From positions 5,952,001-6,016,000 of the forward strand of contig JAYWIR010000005.1 in the NCBI GenBank assembly GCA_036172245.1: a DNA stretch of 64,000 bases. The letters run 5' to 3'. Both the position numbers and the translations under genes were made by a program. This DNA comes from Raillietiella orientalis (lineage: Eukaryota). The notes beneath the pieces are model-generated. The model was given only the letters and a program-made list of their open reading frames with translations, was not told where the DNA came from and did no database searches. This document shows positions 24,301 through 38,122 of the stretch, piece after piece; position 1 is the stretch's first letter; the number at the start of each line of letters is the position of its first letter.

Positions 24301-27300
24301 CGCCTTTGGACGGAACCGCGCGTGCTGTGCGGACTGACCGCCATCTACTATGGTGGCTCGATGACCAGCACTGGTTCCATGCCATTTCGAAAAAGCTCCA
24401 GCGGCGAGATCGCGGTCGCATCCTCTCTCCCAGGGGAGCAGCCGAATCTCGCGAGGCGTCGTAACTTCTGAGCGCGACCCCGACAGGGGGACGTTGCAGA
24501 TCCTTCGCGCGTCCTTGCGCGTGTATGGTGCATCCACAAGAGCGGGCACGCCTGCTGACCACGAACGACGAACGTATCCTGTGGATCCCGGAAGGGCTGG
24601 ATGTTGAAGAGACTCCTGAGGGGGAGGAGAAGGAAGGAAGAGGAGAGGAATAGAAGGAAGAATGTGCCGAACTCTCCGAGCACGGACCGGCATCTCTGAA
24701 TGGACCTTCACTGCCGATGCGGGCGTGGCTGTTTGGGCGAATTGGGCCTGTAGAATCCTAAAGGGCCGTCGGAAAAAGTGGGGAGCCGTCGAGGAGAGGT
24801 AGGTGGGAGAGAGACCTCGAGCAGGATGCGAGTAACAGGCAGACCGAGACGGAGAAGGCGGCCAGGGCGAAGGAACTAGGTCACGCTGGCTCTCGGCACC
24901 GCCTCCAGGGAAGGGGTAGCCAAGGAGCGCCGTCGAAACCGGCGGGAACGAGATGCTGCGCGGAGCGGAGCTTGCGGATGACATTTCCGGATGCTGCACG
25001 GAGCATTTGGATATGAATTCCGAAGATACTATCTGTCGAACCGCAAGCATCCCCGACGGTCATAGAAACAACAAACGGTCCGAAGCAGTAAATGTGGGGA
25101 GAGGAAACTTTAGTGGTGCTTCCTGGTATGAAAGAAAGGAGGAGACTCGCAAACCGCCTGCTCTTGACCGTGGCGGGAGCAGAGGGCGGCAGCAGCGGCG
25201 GTCTCCAAGAGGAAATCCAGGGTTCCCTCTGTGCAGGATACCGTGACGAAACGATCTTCAAAGAGGAGTTGCCGGATTCCTGCTGACGCTTGACCCGTGG
25301 CCCAGCAGGAAACCCAGCGGAAGCGCATCCGACTTGCTGCGGCTCTCCTCTGCCGCCCGGGCGACGGTGGCGCTCCTGGAAGCCTGCCATGGCGACGTCG
25401 GTCTCATTCTTCACCGAGGACGTCGAACCGTCGCCAACGAAGTCGACCGCAGTGAAGTGGCGAAGGCGAGCTCTCCCGATGGAGAGGGGAGCAAAACCAA
25501 AGGTACCGACACCACAGAGCCACCCTTACTCGTCACTTTTTGATATGAGGAGCAGGAAGGCGACATGATATGGAGACACCTGAGTGTCGCCAATTGGGTC
25601 TCCGACCGCGCATGAGGGACTCAGCGTCAGAGGTCTGCTGCTTCCGGATTCTCTGCTCTTCCTTCCCCTCGGTGTTCTTCGATTCCACTCCAATTTGAAT
25701 GTAGTCTGCAAGGAGGAGCCTCCCCCTCTTAAGGAGGGCGACTCCAACAGGGACGGTTTCGGCTCCGGCCATCGGCTTCTTCCTCCTTCCTCGGAACAGG
25801 AGTCGAACCTTTCCCTCCCTTGCGCAGCTCGCTCATCCCAACATGCTGAACTTTCTACTGAAGACAAATAAATGAACGGTTGCAAAAGAAAAATGAGGGT
25901 GGGTCACGTCCAACAGCCTTCTCCCTATCGATAGTCCTCGAGCTTCTTCGTCCCGGTTTCTTGGTTTGGGGCTCGCCAGCAAGGTCCGGACCCGTTACTT
26001 CCGCACGCGCATGACCCGAATTCGCCCTCTCCCTTCCCCTCATGTGGCAGGACCGAGGGTGCAGAGCCCCATACGAGCAGTTCAGGAGGGAGGTCGCTAC
26101 CGACGTCCGAACGCGCTTCCTCGGGTCTCATCCTCGAACGCTGATCCTTTGCCTCCAGCTGCCTTCGGGTGGGCGGTCGCCTCCGATTTTGAACCCGCGC
26201 CTCCACCGCACAGTCCGCACGCGGGACTCCCTCGCCTCTTCCTGCGACGGGTCTCCGCGCTTCCTCCATGCATCTCCCCTCATGGACGCAGAGCTTCCAG
26301 CTGCGGACCACCTACCGGCGTGGTCCGGGCGATGCGTTCGGCAGGGATTTCGAATGCATCCAACGTTTGACGACGCCACGAATCCCCTCGGGGCGATCGG
26401 CGTAGCACCAAAGGGTCTCCGTGCGTCGGAGAGTCCGATCCCTGGTCGGCCGCTACGACGCAAGCGATCCCACGGGGAAGCGATCGCCTTGGGAGAGGCA
26501 CTCGGAGGACTCTGACACAGATACTGGCTCCCTCTGTCTTCCCGAGCCAAGGGTGCTCTCGAAGGGGCAGCCCAAGTCCAGGACCACCTTGGTAACTGGA
26601 GATTTTCCAACCGGTCACGCCAGGGCGTTTATTTAATGGAAAACAAACCGGCTGGGAACACGCCGGATCCCGACCGGAGAAAAGTTCAGGGTGAGGGTCG
26701 AGATCTCTCAGAGTCCGGGTGGGGAGGGATGGGGTGACAAATAAACATGGGAATACGGGAGCGATGGGGCAGGGATCTTTGGTGTCGCCCCTTCTGGAGA
26801 AAAAGAAAACCGAGAAAGTTCCGGAGAGATGGAAGGAGACAATAAAAAAAACAGAAATAAGCAAAAGGGGAGGGGGAACAGGGGACACTGGTCCCGGCCG
26901 TTCCTTCCTCCTAGAACGGGCACTGGATGCCGGCGATCTCCGTCTTGATCCCCTCTCCCAGGTGGGGCCACCTTGCAGCCGCCCTCATGTTGGCGGCTGC
27001 CATGCAGGCAGCCTCCCTTCCCTGCGCTCGCGTCCGCAAGACACGGAGGGCCGTGACGATGGCGCGGACGCAACATCTCGTCGCGACCGCGACCACTGCG
27101 CCGGTCGAGAGTCGAAGAACCGCCGCGGAGGTCACGGGCGGTGTCCTTCTGCGGCAGGAGCGCTGATGCCAGCCTCCGCCGCGGCTCTTGGAGGACGCTG
27201 CAGTCCAAAGGCAGGTGCGGAGGGATCGACACCTTGTGGAGCCGAACGGGGATACGGTAACACAGGGAACGAACGAGGTGGCGACGCTGATCGCACCGGA

Positions 27301-30300
27301 GTCCCCAGTGCAGGAACAGTGGTACCTCCCGTTCCCACGTCGTAGGGAGCGCGGAAGTGTTCGCGCACTGGGGAAGGACCTCAAGGGGGGCGGAAGTTCA
27401 CGCCACCGCAGGAATCTGTCCGCCTGGATGCGCGGAGCGGCGGCATCCTCCAACTCGCGCGTCTTCCAGCTGCCCAGGAGTTTCGTTTTCCTTGCAACGG
27501 TCCAGGAAACGGAGACTGGAGGCCGGGAGCCTCCGGCCCCTGGCATCTTCCCGACGGCATGCGCCACCTTTAAAAGAGGTCGGCAGTGGCGCCGTGCCCT
27601 AGCGCGAAGGAGAGAGAACGCCGCCGGCGAGGGTTCAGGGGTTGGACGGTGTGTCTCGCCCCAGAAAATGCGTCTCTGGTATGTTCGATCTTCACACTGT
27701 GCTCTGGTCGCTTCCCTTCTCCCCAGCAAGTTCAGAGGTCGAGCCCCGGGAATAACGCGCTACTAACCCGAAAATGGCAGGTCTCCTCTGGAAAGCAGGA
27801 AGTGGGATGGAGCACGAATGCAGCGCCGCCGAGCAGCACACACTTTCCTTTTCGAACAGCTCTTTTCTGCTCCTAGTCGCTCCAGTCCGCGCGCGCGCCC
27901 CTAGAGTTCTGGAACAGTGCCACCCTCTCTCTAAAGTGGCAGGAGTCCGTCAAGGTCATCGCCCTGACCTACGATCTTCTGGTTTGACACCCGGTTTTGC
28001 TGAGGCGTTTACTTTATATAAAAAGAAATAAACATACAGGTCAGCGGCAGGACCAAGCTCCCTGCCAGGTTACAAATGTACTAAAAAGAACCTGCCGAGA
28101 ACCGCCACGCAGGTCAGCGGGGTTCTCCTCGGCAGCAGAGATGAAGGGGAAACAACAGAAAAGAAAAATGAAGCAAAAAGATATATACAAAAAAATGAGA
28201 GGATTCGGGAAGGAATCACCGGGTACTGAAGGGCGTCCTCTGCATCCTTGTAAGGATGCCAGCAAGTTTCTATTTCAAGATTCCCAGATGCTATCCTCAT
28301 GAAGGGGACAGCAAAATAGATGGCGTCTCTGTCGTCGTGGCCTCCTCTGACGTAGCTCCATGCACCCATGGTCCCGCCGCATGGGCAGCACGGTGCTGCT
28401 AGGGACGCGGCCGGCGTGAGGGAGTCGCGCAGGAAGAGGCGCTTCAAAATGTTTCTGGGACTGCTGCTGGGGGTTCCAAGGGTTGCGGCGAAGCGTTCCC
28501 ACAGGAGGCGAAGGGCAACACAATCCACGAGCAGGTTCAGGAGGAACTCTCTTTTGCCACACCTGCTGCAGTTGGGGCTCGCCCTCCCTCGGGTCCAATG
28601 GTTCGGCGGGCATTGCACAGGAGGCCCCAATGCAAGAGCAGATCGCCGACTCCTGCCACTTTAGGGGAGGGTTGTACTGTTCCAGAACGCTGGGGATCAC
28701 TGCATCTCATCCAGAGGAATTTCTAGTAGCTCTTTCCAGCGTAGCAGTCCTTTTAGGGGAACACTCGGGGTGGCAGCATTTGTCAGCTCCCGAGTTGTCC
28801 ACGCATTTATATGCCACGATCTGCTGGTGCGATAAGAGACACAGCAGGTCAATCCCAAACGGATTGCCAGGATGTTTGCTCTCCTGGGATGTCTGGAGCA
28901 TGAAGGGTTATTGGGGCTGGTCTGTGCAAAGCGCTGTCGGCCGCAGCCCACGGAGGGCAGTTGCTTCTCGATGGATGAAGAGTGGCGGCACACGCACTCT
29001 CCATCGGGTCCCAGTCACGTGGACTTCCCTGCCTTGTCGACCGAATGGCTCGAGCTGCCGTGGTTCTTGAGGTGCATCGTCGACTAGGACGAGAGCACCT
29101 GCGCGCGCGAGGAACGCGCCCTGAACCGAGAAGGTCGCTTGAAGGAACCCTCGCCTGAGGGACTGAGGAACCCACTCCTCCGGAAGCCACGATGAGCATC
29201 AGGGAGCACGAAGGGCACCCGTGTTCCACCACACGAAGAATCCTCTTAGGACCTCGTAGGGCGAGCTTCCGAGAGGTAGTCGCCGATCCTGTGCAGTTCC
29301 CCTTCCATTATGAGAAAATCTCCGACTCTTGTGTGGCCTCTTGCACCAGCTGACGCGAGTCCGCGCCGAAGGCGTTGATCGGGTCCTAAAAGTCGATGCG
29401 TCTTGATCTGTAGGAAGAATTCCTTGAATGCTGCCCATCATCCCTTACCAAAGCCCTCGGGACGGGAACTTTGCAAGCATCCCCCAATCGCGGCATCCCC
29501 TTGGATTCTGGTGCTGGTCTCCAGCTGCCCGCATTTATCCGCTTCACCTGAAGTCCTGGAAAACAGGGACATCCGCTGAAATTTCGCCTCGAGAGCTGGT
29601 CTTCGATGCTCCTTCGAAGGGAACGGCAAAGACTAAGGTTGGCATCTGACTCCAGTAGGTATTTGGTCCTCACTTTGCAAGCCTTCATCGTTCGAATAGG
29701 AGACGAATCCCTTTCTCCCCCGCAACAACCCTCTCCTTCCGGCATGCCGGATCACTTGCTTTCAACAAATGAAGAAAAAGAAAGGGTTAGTTGTCTGCTG
29801 GTCCGAAAGGGTCCTTACCCAAGCCGTGACGGAACATGACTAGGAGGGCCGGTGGGAACAGAGGGACAACGAATAAATTGGAATGAAATGGACCGGGACT
29901 CGCGGCGTGATGGCGATGACTCTCAACGACGATCTGCATCAGAAGGGACGCGGCTATCGCCGGCTGCCAGCTGGTCCGTCAAAATAGGAGGCTACCACCC
30001 CCTATCCCTCCTCCCACCCTTCCCCCGCTCAACCGGGTGATGCGGCATGCGAGCTGCTCGCTTCTTCGCGGCATGCGGCCAAAAGAAGGGATTCTGGTCT
30101 CCAGGAGGAGCTGATCAATCCGGGACCGAGCGACCGATGATATATCCTGGAGGACTCCTTTCTAGATGGCTCTTTGGTGACGATCGTTCATTTCCGTTCC
30201 ATCCACACTTGACCGCGGTGGCGGCCGTGCGGCTTCCGCAAGTGACACCCAGCGTTGCGGATCCCCACGTGACGACAGGAACGGGGGGAGGGAGTCGTGG

Positions 30301-33300
30301 GTTTCCAGTCCCTCCTCCCGCGGGATGACGCTGATTGGTCTGTGGACTTCCAGTGGAAGCTGGAAACTCGATGCTCCCGTTGACTGGCCAGGGTTGGAAG
30401 TTGACCCCCCTGCTTCCAGAGATCAAGGAGCTCTTCGGGGTTCCCCTCCAGCTATTTAAATGGAGCCCTCTATCGCGTACCATGGAGCTGGTTGATACCC
30501 CTTCGGGGTGTTAAGAACTGTCAGAGTGTTAAAAAGCGTACTGCTCCCTTCAGAAAAATTGGGAAGCCTCCCTTCGGGGTTCTCTTCAGAGGAGGAAACG
30601 CCCTCAGAGAGACCCTTCCAGAGAGAATCAGGGCGAAAGTCCCCTTCGTGGTTCCCTTCCAAGCGTGTGAGGAACGGTCTCCTATCTTCGGAGCCCTTCC
30701 TGGATTGATGGGGTGGTCCCTCCGGGGCACCCCCTAACTTGAAGAGTTAACACGTACCCTCGGGTGGCGTTGTCGGTGTTCAGAAAACCTTGTGAGTACC
30801 CCATGTGACGTCATCGTCGAGCTTCCTCGACTCCCCCCCAAGAGGGTGAACGGTTTTCTACCCAGCTAACCCCCCTTCAAAAAGAAGGGAGGAGAGAGGG
30901 GAAACCAGAAAGCGCATGCCGCATCCAAATTACTGCAGACGGACGCAGCATCCCTCTCAAGGCCACTGCGCGTCCCGAGGAGAATTACCAGAAGGGACAC
31001 GCGGGAAGCAGGATGAGAAGGCCAGGAGTCTGCCTCAAGCAGTCTCACGGCACTTAGGAAAGAAGCCGGGTCACTCCGCCGCTAAAGAAACCACACAGGG
31101 AGGAAAGGGGAGAAGAACGCGAATGGCGCCGAAGGGTTAAAGCACGAAGATCGGGAAGCTGGGGAAGTAATCTTCTTCGGGCGAAGTCGGTGCCAGCGTT
31201 GGGGGAATGAGACACTGGGGTCGTAAAGGGAGGAGACCCCCACGCCTTCCGGGACGAGCGGGAGACACGTGGATCGCCATCACCCCTCACGCAGCAGCCC
31301 CACGGAGGTCAGCGAAAGCCGTCGGGAATCGAGGACAGGGGACGCGAGGCCCCCTCGCCAGTGGCCCACGGCGGTCGTCTCCTCAACGGCGCTTTTCGCT
31401 CCCTCGCGCAGCGCTTCACCCCGCCTGCGGCGCGGACCGGCGACACTGATCGCGCGATGTCTTCCCGGCGCCGCTCCGTTCCCTCTCCTCTTTTCTATTG
31501 TACCCAAGGCGTGGCCATCCGCGTCGCCGAGAGGCGCTGACAGATGATTTCCTCCTCTCTTCCTCCCCTTCCAAGTGTGAAAGGCGCAGATGGAGTCGGG
31601 CCGGGAAGATGCCTGGCTCCCAGGAGACAGCGCATCTTCGCACGGAGGGATGGCGCGGGGGGAGAGCTGCTCCAGGGAGACGGCGCGGGCCCAGCGCATC
31701 CCGAAGAGCCGGAAGGGACGGAACGGTGAGGAGGGGCTTAGGCGACGATGGCGCAGCATCCACAGTCCGCCGTCCGTGGGGTCTCGCGGATTCCCGCCGG
31801 TCCTCGGTAGAGGCTGGTTGTTTTCCAAAGGCCCTGCGGCGTCGTCCGCACCTTCATGTGGGGAGGGAAGCAAAGCGAGAGGGGGGAGGGACACAATGGG
31901 GGACTTTCCAAAGATGGTGGCGCGAGGAAGCAACGCTAATTGGACCGCCCCCTCAGGACTAATGGCCGTCAGGCGCGCGGGACCCTTCGCCTGGGACCCT
32001 GCCGTTCCCTGCAGCGATGGGGCGGCGGAAAGCCCCCGAACTCTCCTTCAATTAGAGGTCAGGATGTGACCACCAGGACCAGTCAATCATGCTCCTACCT
32101 ACCGCTCGCAGACGCCGGTTCCTCCTCGCCGGACGCCGTGCAGCAAGAGGTCAGCTGCAGATGACGGCCGCGCGGCACGGGGCCTCGGGCACGAAAAGCG
32201 GCGCGGCATCGGGAGAGGTGGGGGGAGGATGGAGGACGGAGATGCTGCCCATGAGGAGGGCAGGAAGGCGGAAGAGGAGGAGCGGCGAGTGCCCCTGGAC
32301 ATCGGTAGCTCCCCCTCTTCTTCCGGTCCCCGAGGGACCGGAATCCAGTGGCGAAAATCCGCGCCACGGTCGCGGGCGGTTCGCGACGAGTCCTTCTCCC
32401 CTACTGGCATTCCTCGGCGGGAGCGTCTGTGCCGCTTCCAGATGAGCAGGAGGTGGCGGCGGTTGCTCCTCGTGTGAGGATGGCAGCCAAACCAAGAGGA
32501 TGGCTCGATGGGTGGCGGGTGACGGTGCGCTCCCAGGCGGGCGACCTCGCACTCACTTGTTCGATGCCTCCGCTCGCGCGTCATCTCCACGTTTCGGAAG
32601 GGGGGTGCGTGGGCCTGCCTCCTCCTCTATGTCACTCGGTACACGGGGGAGGCCTCTTCCTTACTCTGGCGACGAGGGATGAGGTGGAAGCATCTTAGCC
32701 CATCTCCCGGGAGGCGCTCCCTCGGGGAATCGGGGAGGGCGCGCCTCCTGCACACGACGGGGCGTCTCCGCGAGAAGAGCACGCGCATTTGGCGCAGCAG
32801 GCCTGCAATTCCCAAAGGGCGGGAGACGAGGCGCTCTCGAGGGAAGCGACCGGCTAGTCCGGGGAAGAAGTAGGCTGTCTCTGTCGTCGGGCCCCTTTCG
32901 GGAGGCGTGGCCTGCTGTTTCCCGGATCATTATGGCGGGCGCGGCGCGTCAGCCTTCTTCCCTCAATAGCCGCCGCTCACCCGACGATCCCGTTCCGAAC
33001 CCCGAGAAACGCGAACAGCACCCCCTCCCCTCCCTTATGCCCTCAGCCGCCCCGCACAACGGAGCCGACGGACGGAGATTCGCGAGGCGCCATCGGGAGA
33101 GCAGCATCTTGCCCGCGGATGGGACCCTGCGAGGAGCCGGGAAGAGGAAAAAGTCCAGAAAGGAGAGGAAGGTGGGGAGGTTCTCCCGCTTCCCTCCTTT
33201 CGTCGTCTTCCCTCCGTTTTCCTACGGGAACGCAGCCTCGGACGCGCGTCTCTGCTGGGACGCGGCTGCTCAGGGGGAGCGTCCCTCCGCCGAATTCCAG

Positions 33301-33785
33301 GGGCACCGGCGGACCGCTGGTTGCGCAACGCGAAGGACACGCCGCCACAGCCTCGGTGACGCGCGAAGGCGGCAGCCGGCAGCGCATCATCTCTTTCTTC
33401 TCTTTCTTTCTTTCTTTCCTCCCCCACCCCCCGCAAACGCGACGTTGCCGTGTAGCGGAGCCAGACCAATCAGGAACGAGCTCGCTCCCGAGCAGGGGCT
33501 GGAGGGAAAAAAGGAAAAAAGTCGTGATGGCCCCAGCCCCGATTTAATTGGACCACCGGTCCGCACGGAATGACTCGCTCCCCTGATGGCCGCTGCTCCG
33601 CGAGCGCCGACGCGAGACCGCTCAGCGGAAGGAGCGAGGAGGCGGCGGCCGGACTCCCACCGTGACGAACGTCGCTATTTTTAGAAACGCTTGCTGCGCC
33701 CGAGTGAGTCCACCTGGGGATTCCTTCCGTTCCCGGGAACGTCGGGAAGAGAGGACAGCACTCGCTCCATGAGCGGGAGCCCTTC

Positions 33786-34086
33786 GAATGAGTGACGAAT
33801 GGGACTTCCACGAATGAGTGGTGAACGGCTGTCCACGGATGAGTGGCGAACGGATTCCACGAAGGGATGACGAACGGATGTCCATGGATGAGTGGTGAAC
33901 GGGTATCCATGGATGAATAGCGAATGAGTGTTGACGAATGAGTAGCGAACGGGCACCCGCGGATAAGTAGTGAAGGAAAGTCCGCGAATGGGTGACGAAC
34001 GGCTGCCTATGAATAAGTGGCGAACGAGACGTCCAGGAATGAGCGGTGAAGGGAAGTCCACAAATGGGTGACGAGTGGGCACCTAC
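33786..34086. repeat. Degenerate minisatellite, 12 units of about 25 bp
   Basis: Consensus is approximately GAATGAGTGRYGAACGGNNGTCCAC, with units of 24-26 bp and no two copies identical. Confidence 0.9.
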
Positions 34087-37000
34087 TTGGGAACGAAGAA
34101 GCTCCGAGGAAGCAAGAAAAACCCGCTTGGTCCTTTCACATCGCCTCGCAAGCTTCCCGCTTGTCCTGTGCCTATTCAGCTTCTCCATCAGAGCGGTCGA
34201 TGTGCCCTTCAGAGCTTCTTTCTGCTCAGCGTTCGGGGAGGGAATCCTCAGGAGGCAATGTCTCGAAGAGTTCCTGAGTCGCGCGCGGGAAAGGAGATGA
34301 AGCGAGGAGAGAGGCCCCGTAGCGTCGACGCATCCCTATTTCCAGCCGGCAAAGCTTGCCTTCTGGCGGACTGGGTCCTGGGTTCTGCTTCTGTTCCCCC
34401 GGGATTCCTCCCGCGTTCCCGACCTCCTTTGAAAAAGACAGCTGACCGCCCTTGCGGAGCGCCGCGATGGGCTCTCTCAAAGACCCCTCCCCCGCCTTCT
34501 GAACTCTCCGCGCCTTGTGAGCTGTCAGCAGTCCCATCGAGTCTGTTGTGGGATTGCCTGGGTCCGGGACTCCGACTTCCAGGAGTTCCTGACTCTCCCT
34601 TTTTCCTGGGTGAAGGGACTTCCCTTTTGCCCCAGTTCCTCGGGAGACCTCGTAGAACTCAGGGCATCCGCGTTCTCCTGCCCTGACCTTTGGGATTGAC
34701 GGGAACTCCGGGGTGAGCGGGAGCTCATTGCTCCCGGATCCTCTTTGTTCCCTGCCGCTGCGGCGCGTGCCGTGGGAGACTGCTCCCCCGCAGCGTCTCA
34801 CAGCCCGGGCGATCCGGGGGGCCGGCTGAAATTCCCCCAAGGGAAAATCGAGGGACCGTGGCCGGGCCACCGAAGCCGGAGACCAGCGACCTCCCCTGTA
34901 TCTCTCCCTCCCTCTCCTGAGCTGTTCGATCTTCCTTCTCGTCCTCCCTCGGCGGGCACAGAGTACCGGGCAGGTACGCCCCTTCCCTCCTCCTTGGCCT
35001 GCGCTCCCTCCGAGAACTCAGAGTGCCTCAAGGCCAACCCATGGGCGCAAACTTGCGTATTTATCCGACCATTTATTTATTTATCTATTTATCTGTCTGG
35101 TGCAGAGAAGCGGGCGAGAGGACCTCCACTCTTCGATCCCTATCGAGGAATCCTCGGCACCCAACATCCGCTCCTCCTCGCGCAGAAGACGCACCCGAGG
35201 CGTCCGGTGCGAGGAGGAGTACCAGCAAGGAATGCAGATGAGACGCGCCCCTGCAGCGAAGAACTAAGAAGGAGTCCCGACGGGGACTCTAGCCACGGGT
35301 GACCTCGAGAGCCCTTCCCGACGAGCGGCATCGCCGGGGTCCGGGGACGCGGAGGCCAGACGAGGAGGCTGCGAACTTCCTCCCCCTTCCTAGTAAGAGG
35401 GGGCGGGAGAGAAGAGCAGGACGCGGCAAAGGAAGAGGCGAAACGCCCCGCTGAGGGACGCCCTGGCGCCGCTTGCACGCCAGGAAACCCGGCTCGGACG
35501 CTGCCGCCGTGACGACCTCTCTCGAAAGATCCCGGAGATAGCAAGCACCATCCTGTCTCGCGGCTCCTGGACGCTTGCTCTGAATCGCGTCCCCGGGAGA
35601 GGTCGCGGGAGTCCGCCGTCAGCTCCAAACGCCTGCCTCCACTGGGCCAACGGCATCTGGGCGGGGACACGCTGGTGTGGGACCAACGGAACATCGCGCA
35701 ATTTTTTCCGGTAGACCCTCTGGGGCGAGAACCAGGCGAAGAAGGGGAGGACTTTCCGAGCGGGCGGGCGCTGGAGGTAATGGCGGAGTTTGGCCATTAC
35801 GCGCTGTCCAGGGACCGCATGCGCGTGCGCTGCAGGGCAGGAGAAGGTCGCGCGTCCCAGGAAGAGTTCCTGCCCTGTCCCTGCTCCCCTTCGCAGTCGA
35901 GCCACCCCAGGAGGATTCGTCCGTGGCTCCCTCTATCTGAGTAGCTGGAAGGAGGGAGGTCAGTGATAGAGAGTCCCAAGGGGCACCTCTCTTCCTCCTG
36001 CCGGGAAGTCAACGGACACGACCTCTCTTCCCGGACCACTTCTTTCGGCGCTTCTTTCGCTCCCTCAAGGAGCTCGCCTTGGCGCCCCGGGAATTTCTCG
36101 CCGCGCACCGAGGGAATTGCGGCGTTTTCCGCTCTTGCGGAGCGCTGCCTCCCGAAGGTCGCCTCCAGCTCTTCCCAGGCGCACCAGCTCGGCGTGGAAC
36201 CCTGAAGAACAGTTCTGGCTCCGGAAAGCCTGATGCTTCCTCCGAAGTCCTGTTCCCTGGAGCCGATTGGGGACAGCACCACTCGAAGACCGTCCTACGG
36301 TGTCCTCGAAGAGGCCAGCTGGTCACGGACCGCCTTAGTGGTCTTGGAAACCCTCTTTGCTCCTCGGGACAGCTCAAGTCCGCCTGGCCAAGATGCGGCT
36401 CCCCTGATTGGCGCGAGTTCTCCTCCCCCTCTTTCCTTCCCTATTTCCGGACACTCTTGGGACCTCTGCTGCTACTCGTCCCTCTCGAAGAGAGTGCCGA
36501 TGCAGGGCTCCGGGAAGAAAGTTCCCCCTCATCCCGCTCACGGAGGATGCGAGTTTGAAGTCCCGTAAGGAGTAGAGAAGGCAGCTGAACCCGTAGTCAG
36601 GGTCCCGGGAGCCGAGTGATTCCGGGATTTGTCTCCCGTGTCCCTCGCTCGCTGTTTGACTTCGGGCCGAGACGGTAGGCCGACCGAACGGCTGTCGTGG
36701 CCTCCGCCTCCAGCGATGTGGCAGGCCCCAGCCCGACCCAAAATGCCTCCTCAAGGAGCGCAAAGGGGGACAGAGGGAAGAGGAAGGGGGGGGAGGACTT
36801 TTGCTAGGAGACCAGGCAGCACCACTTCCCGCCTTGCCGATCTAGCCCTATCCGACGCCCTCGTAAAGATTGCACCCCGTGCGTCCCCCACGGGAAGACG
36901 TCGGAAATCGGTCGCGCCAGAGCAGCGGACTCCGGAGGAGACCATTCGCATGGAATCCACCCTGGTACCCTCGACTCTCTTCCGCATCCGGTCCTTCACA

Positions 37001-37639
37001 TGCGTAGGGTCTGTTCTGGCATCTCTGCGGCAGGTCGTGGCGGAGGGGATAGCGAGGTCTCCGAACTGCCGTGCGGTACGGACGAAATCTCCCCTCGAGT
37101 GGGGGGAACACCCTCTTGGTGAGCGTCCTGGGTCGTGCACGCCAGCGGAAGCGCGCGGCCTGGACTCCATCCCCGTGATAGGAGAAGGGTATCCCCGGTG
37201 ACCTGGGTCTCAAGCCTCTCTCCGCAGACTCCTCCCGTCGTCTTCAGCCCTGACACCTCCTCCGCAAGCCTCCAGTCGTAAAGAGAACGCGGATGCTACC
37301 ACGTCCGCTGTAGTGGCCTGGACTTCCCATCCATCCGATCCGTTCCCCCCCCCCCTCCTCATCCCCGCTGCCATCGGAATCCTCGATGAACCCTGAGGAT
37401 GGGGCGGATCCCGTACTCCTGAAGCACCTTGGACATCTCCTTTGAGGACCTGCAGTCTCGCGGCAGGGACCTCGCCAGACCCTTCGGTAGCTACTGAGAG
37501 TGGCAGCACCTCGGGCAAGCGGGAGGTGAGTGGGCGAACAATCCGAGCAGGGGAGAGAAAAAAAGAATCCAAGATCCACTGAATCAGGGATCCTGAAAAG
37601 GCAGCAGGCTGCATCCCAACACTCTGGATCACTCTGCCA

Positions 37640-37868
37640 GGGTAGAGGAGGAAAAGGAGAAGGAGGAGTGGAAGGGAAGAAGAGGTGGCAAGGAGGAAGG
37701 ATGGAAGAAGGGGTGAGCACAAGGGAGGAAAGGAACAAATAGTGAAAAGAAGGTGGCAAGGAGAAAGAATGGAGGAAGGGGGGAGGAGAAGGAGGAAGAC
37801 AAAGGGTTAGGGGAAGAGAGAAAGAACAGCAGAGGATGAAAGGGCAAGGAAGGAAGAGAAGGAAGAGC
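37640..37868. repeat. Purine-rich (GA) low-complexity tract
   Basis: Dominated by G and A on the + strand (GGAAGGAGAAG...), just downstream of the clip protease gene. Confidence 0.75.
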
Positions 37869-38122
37869 TCCTGTCCCTCATTCCTTCGTTGCATTCTCCG
37901 GAGCTCGCATCCCCGTTCCCGGAGCGCGGTCTCTTCGAAAGGGATAATGCCTCGCTTCCGGGAAGAGACGGCCGTAGCCCGCGCTGAGAAACCAGGAGCG
38001 TGAACTTCTCCCCACGCTCTCCCAAAGGCTGCCCTACTCCACCAACCCTCAAAAGTGACTAAAGACCAAGACCGCTTGCCCTTCCTTTTTCAGACCGCCC
38101 ACGGGCAGCAGCGGGTCGGAGT

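Noticed and set aside
30380..30440. Minus-strand ELLDLWKQGG (and DSVDLGF at ~37570) as the cnc DLG exon
   Set aside because: Each is only a partial resemblance to LWKQDVDLG, with no supporting downstream ETGE or convincing exon context.
33786..34086. Repeat array as a CRISPR-like locus
   Set aside because: The context is eukaryotic, there is no constant repeat with unique spacers, and no cas genes are present.
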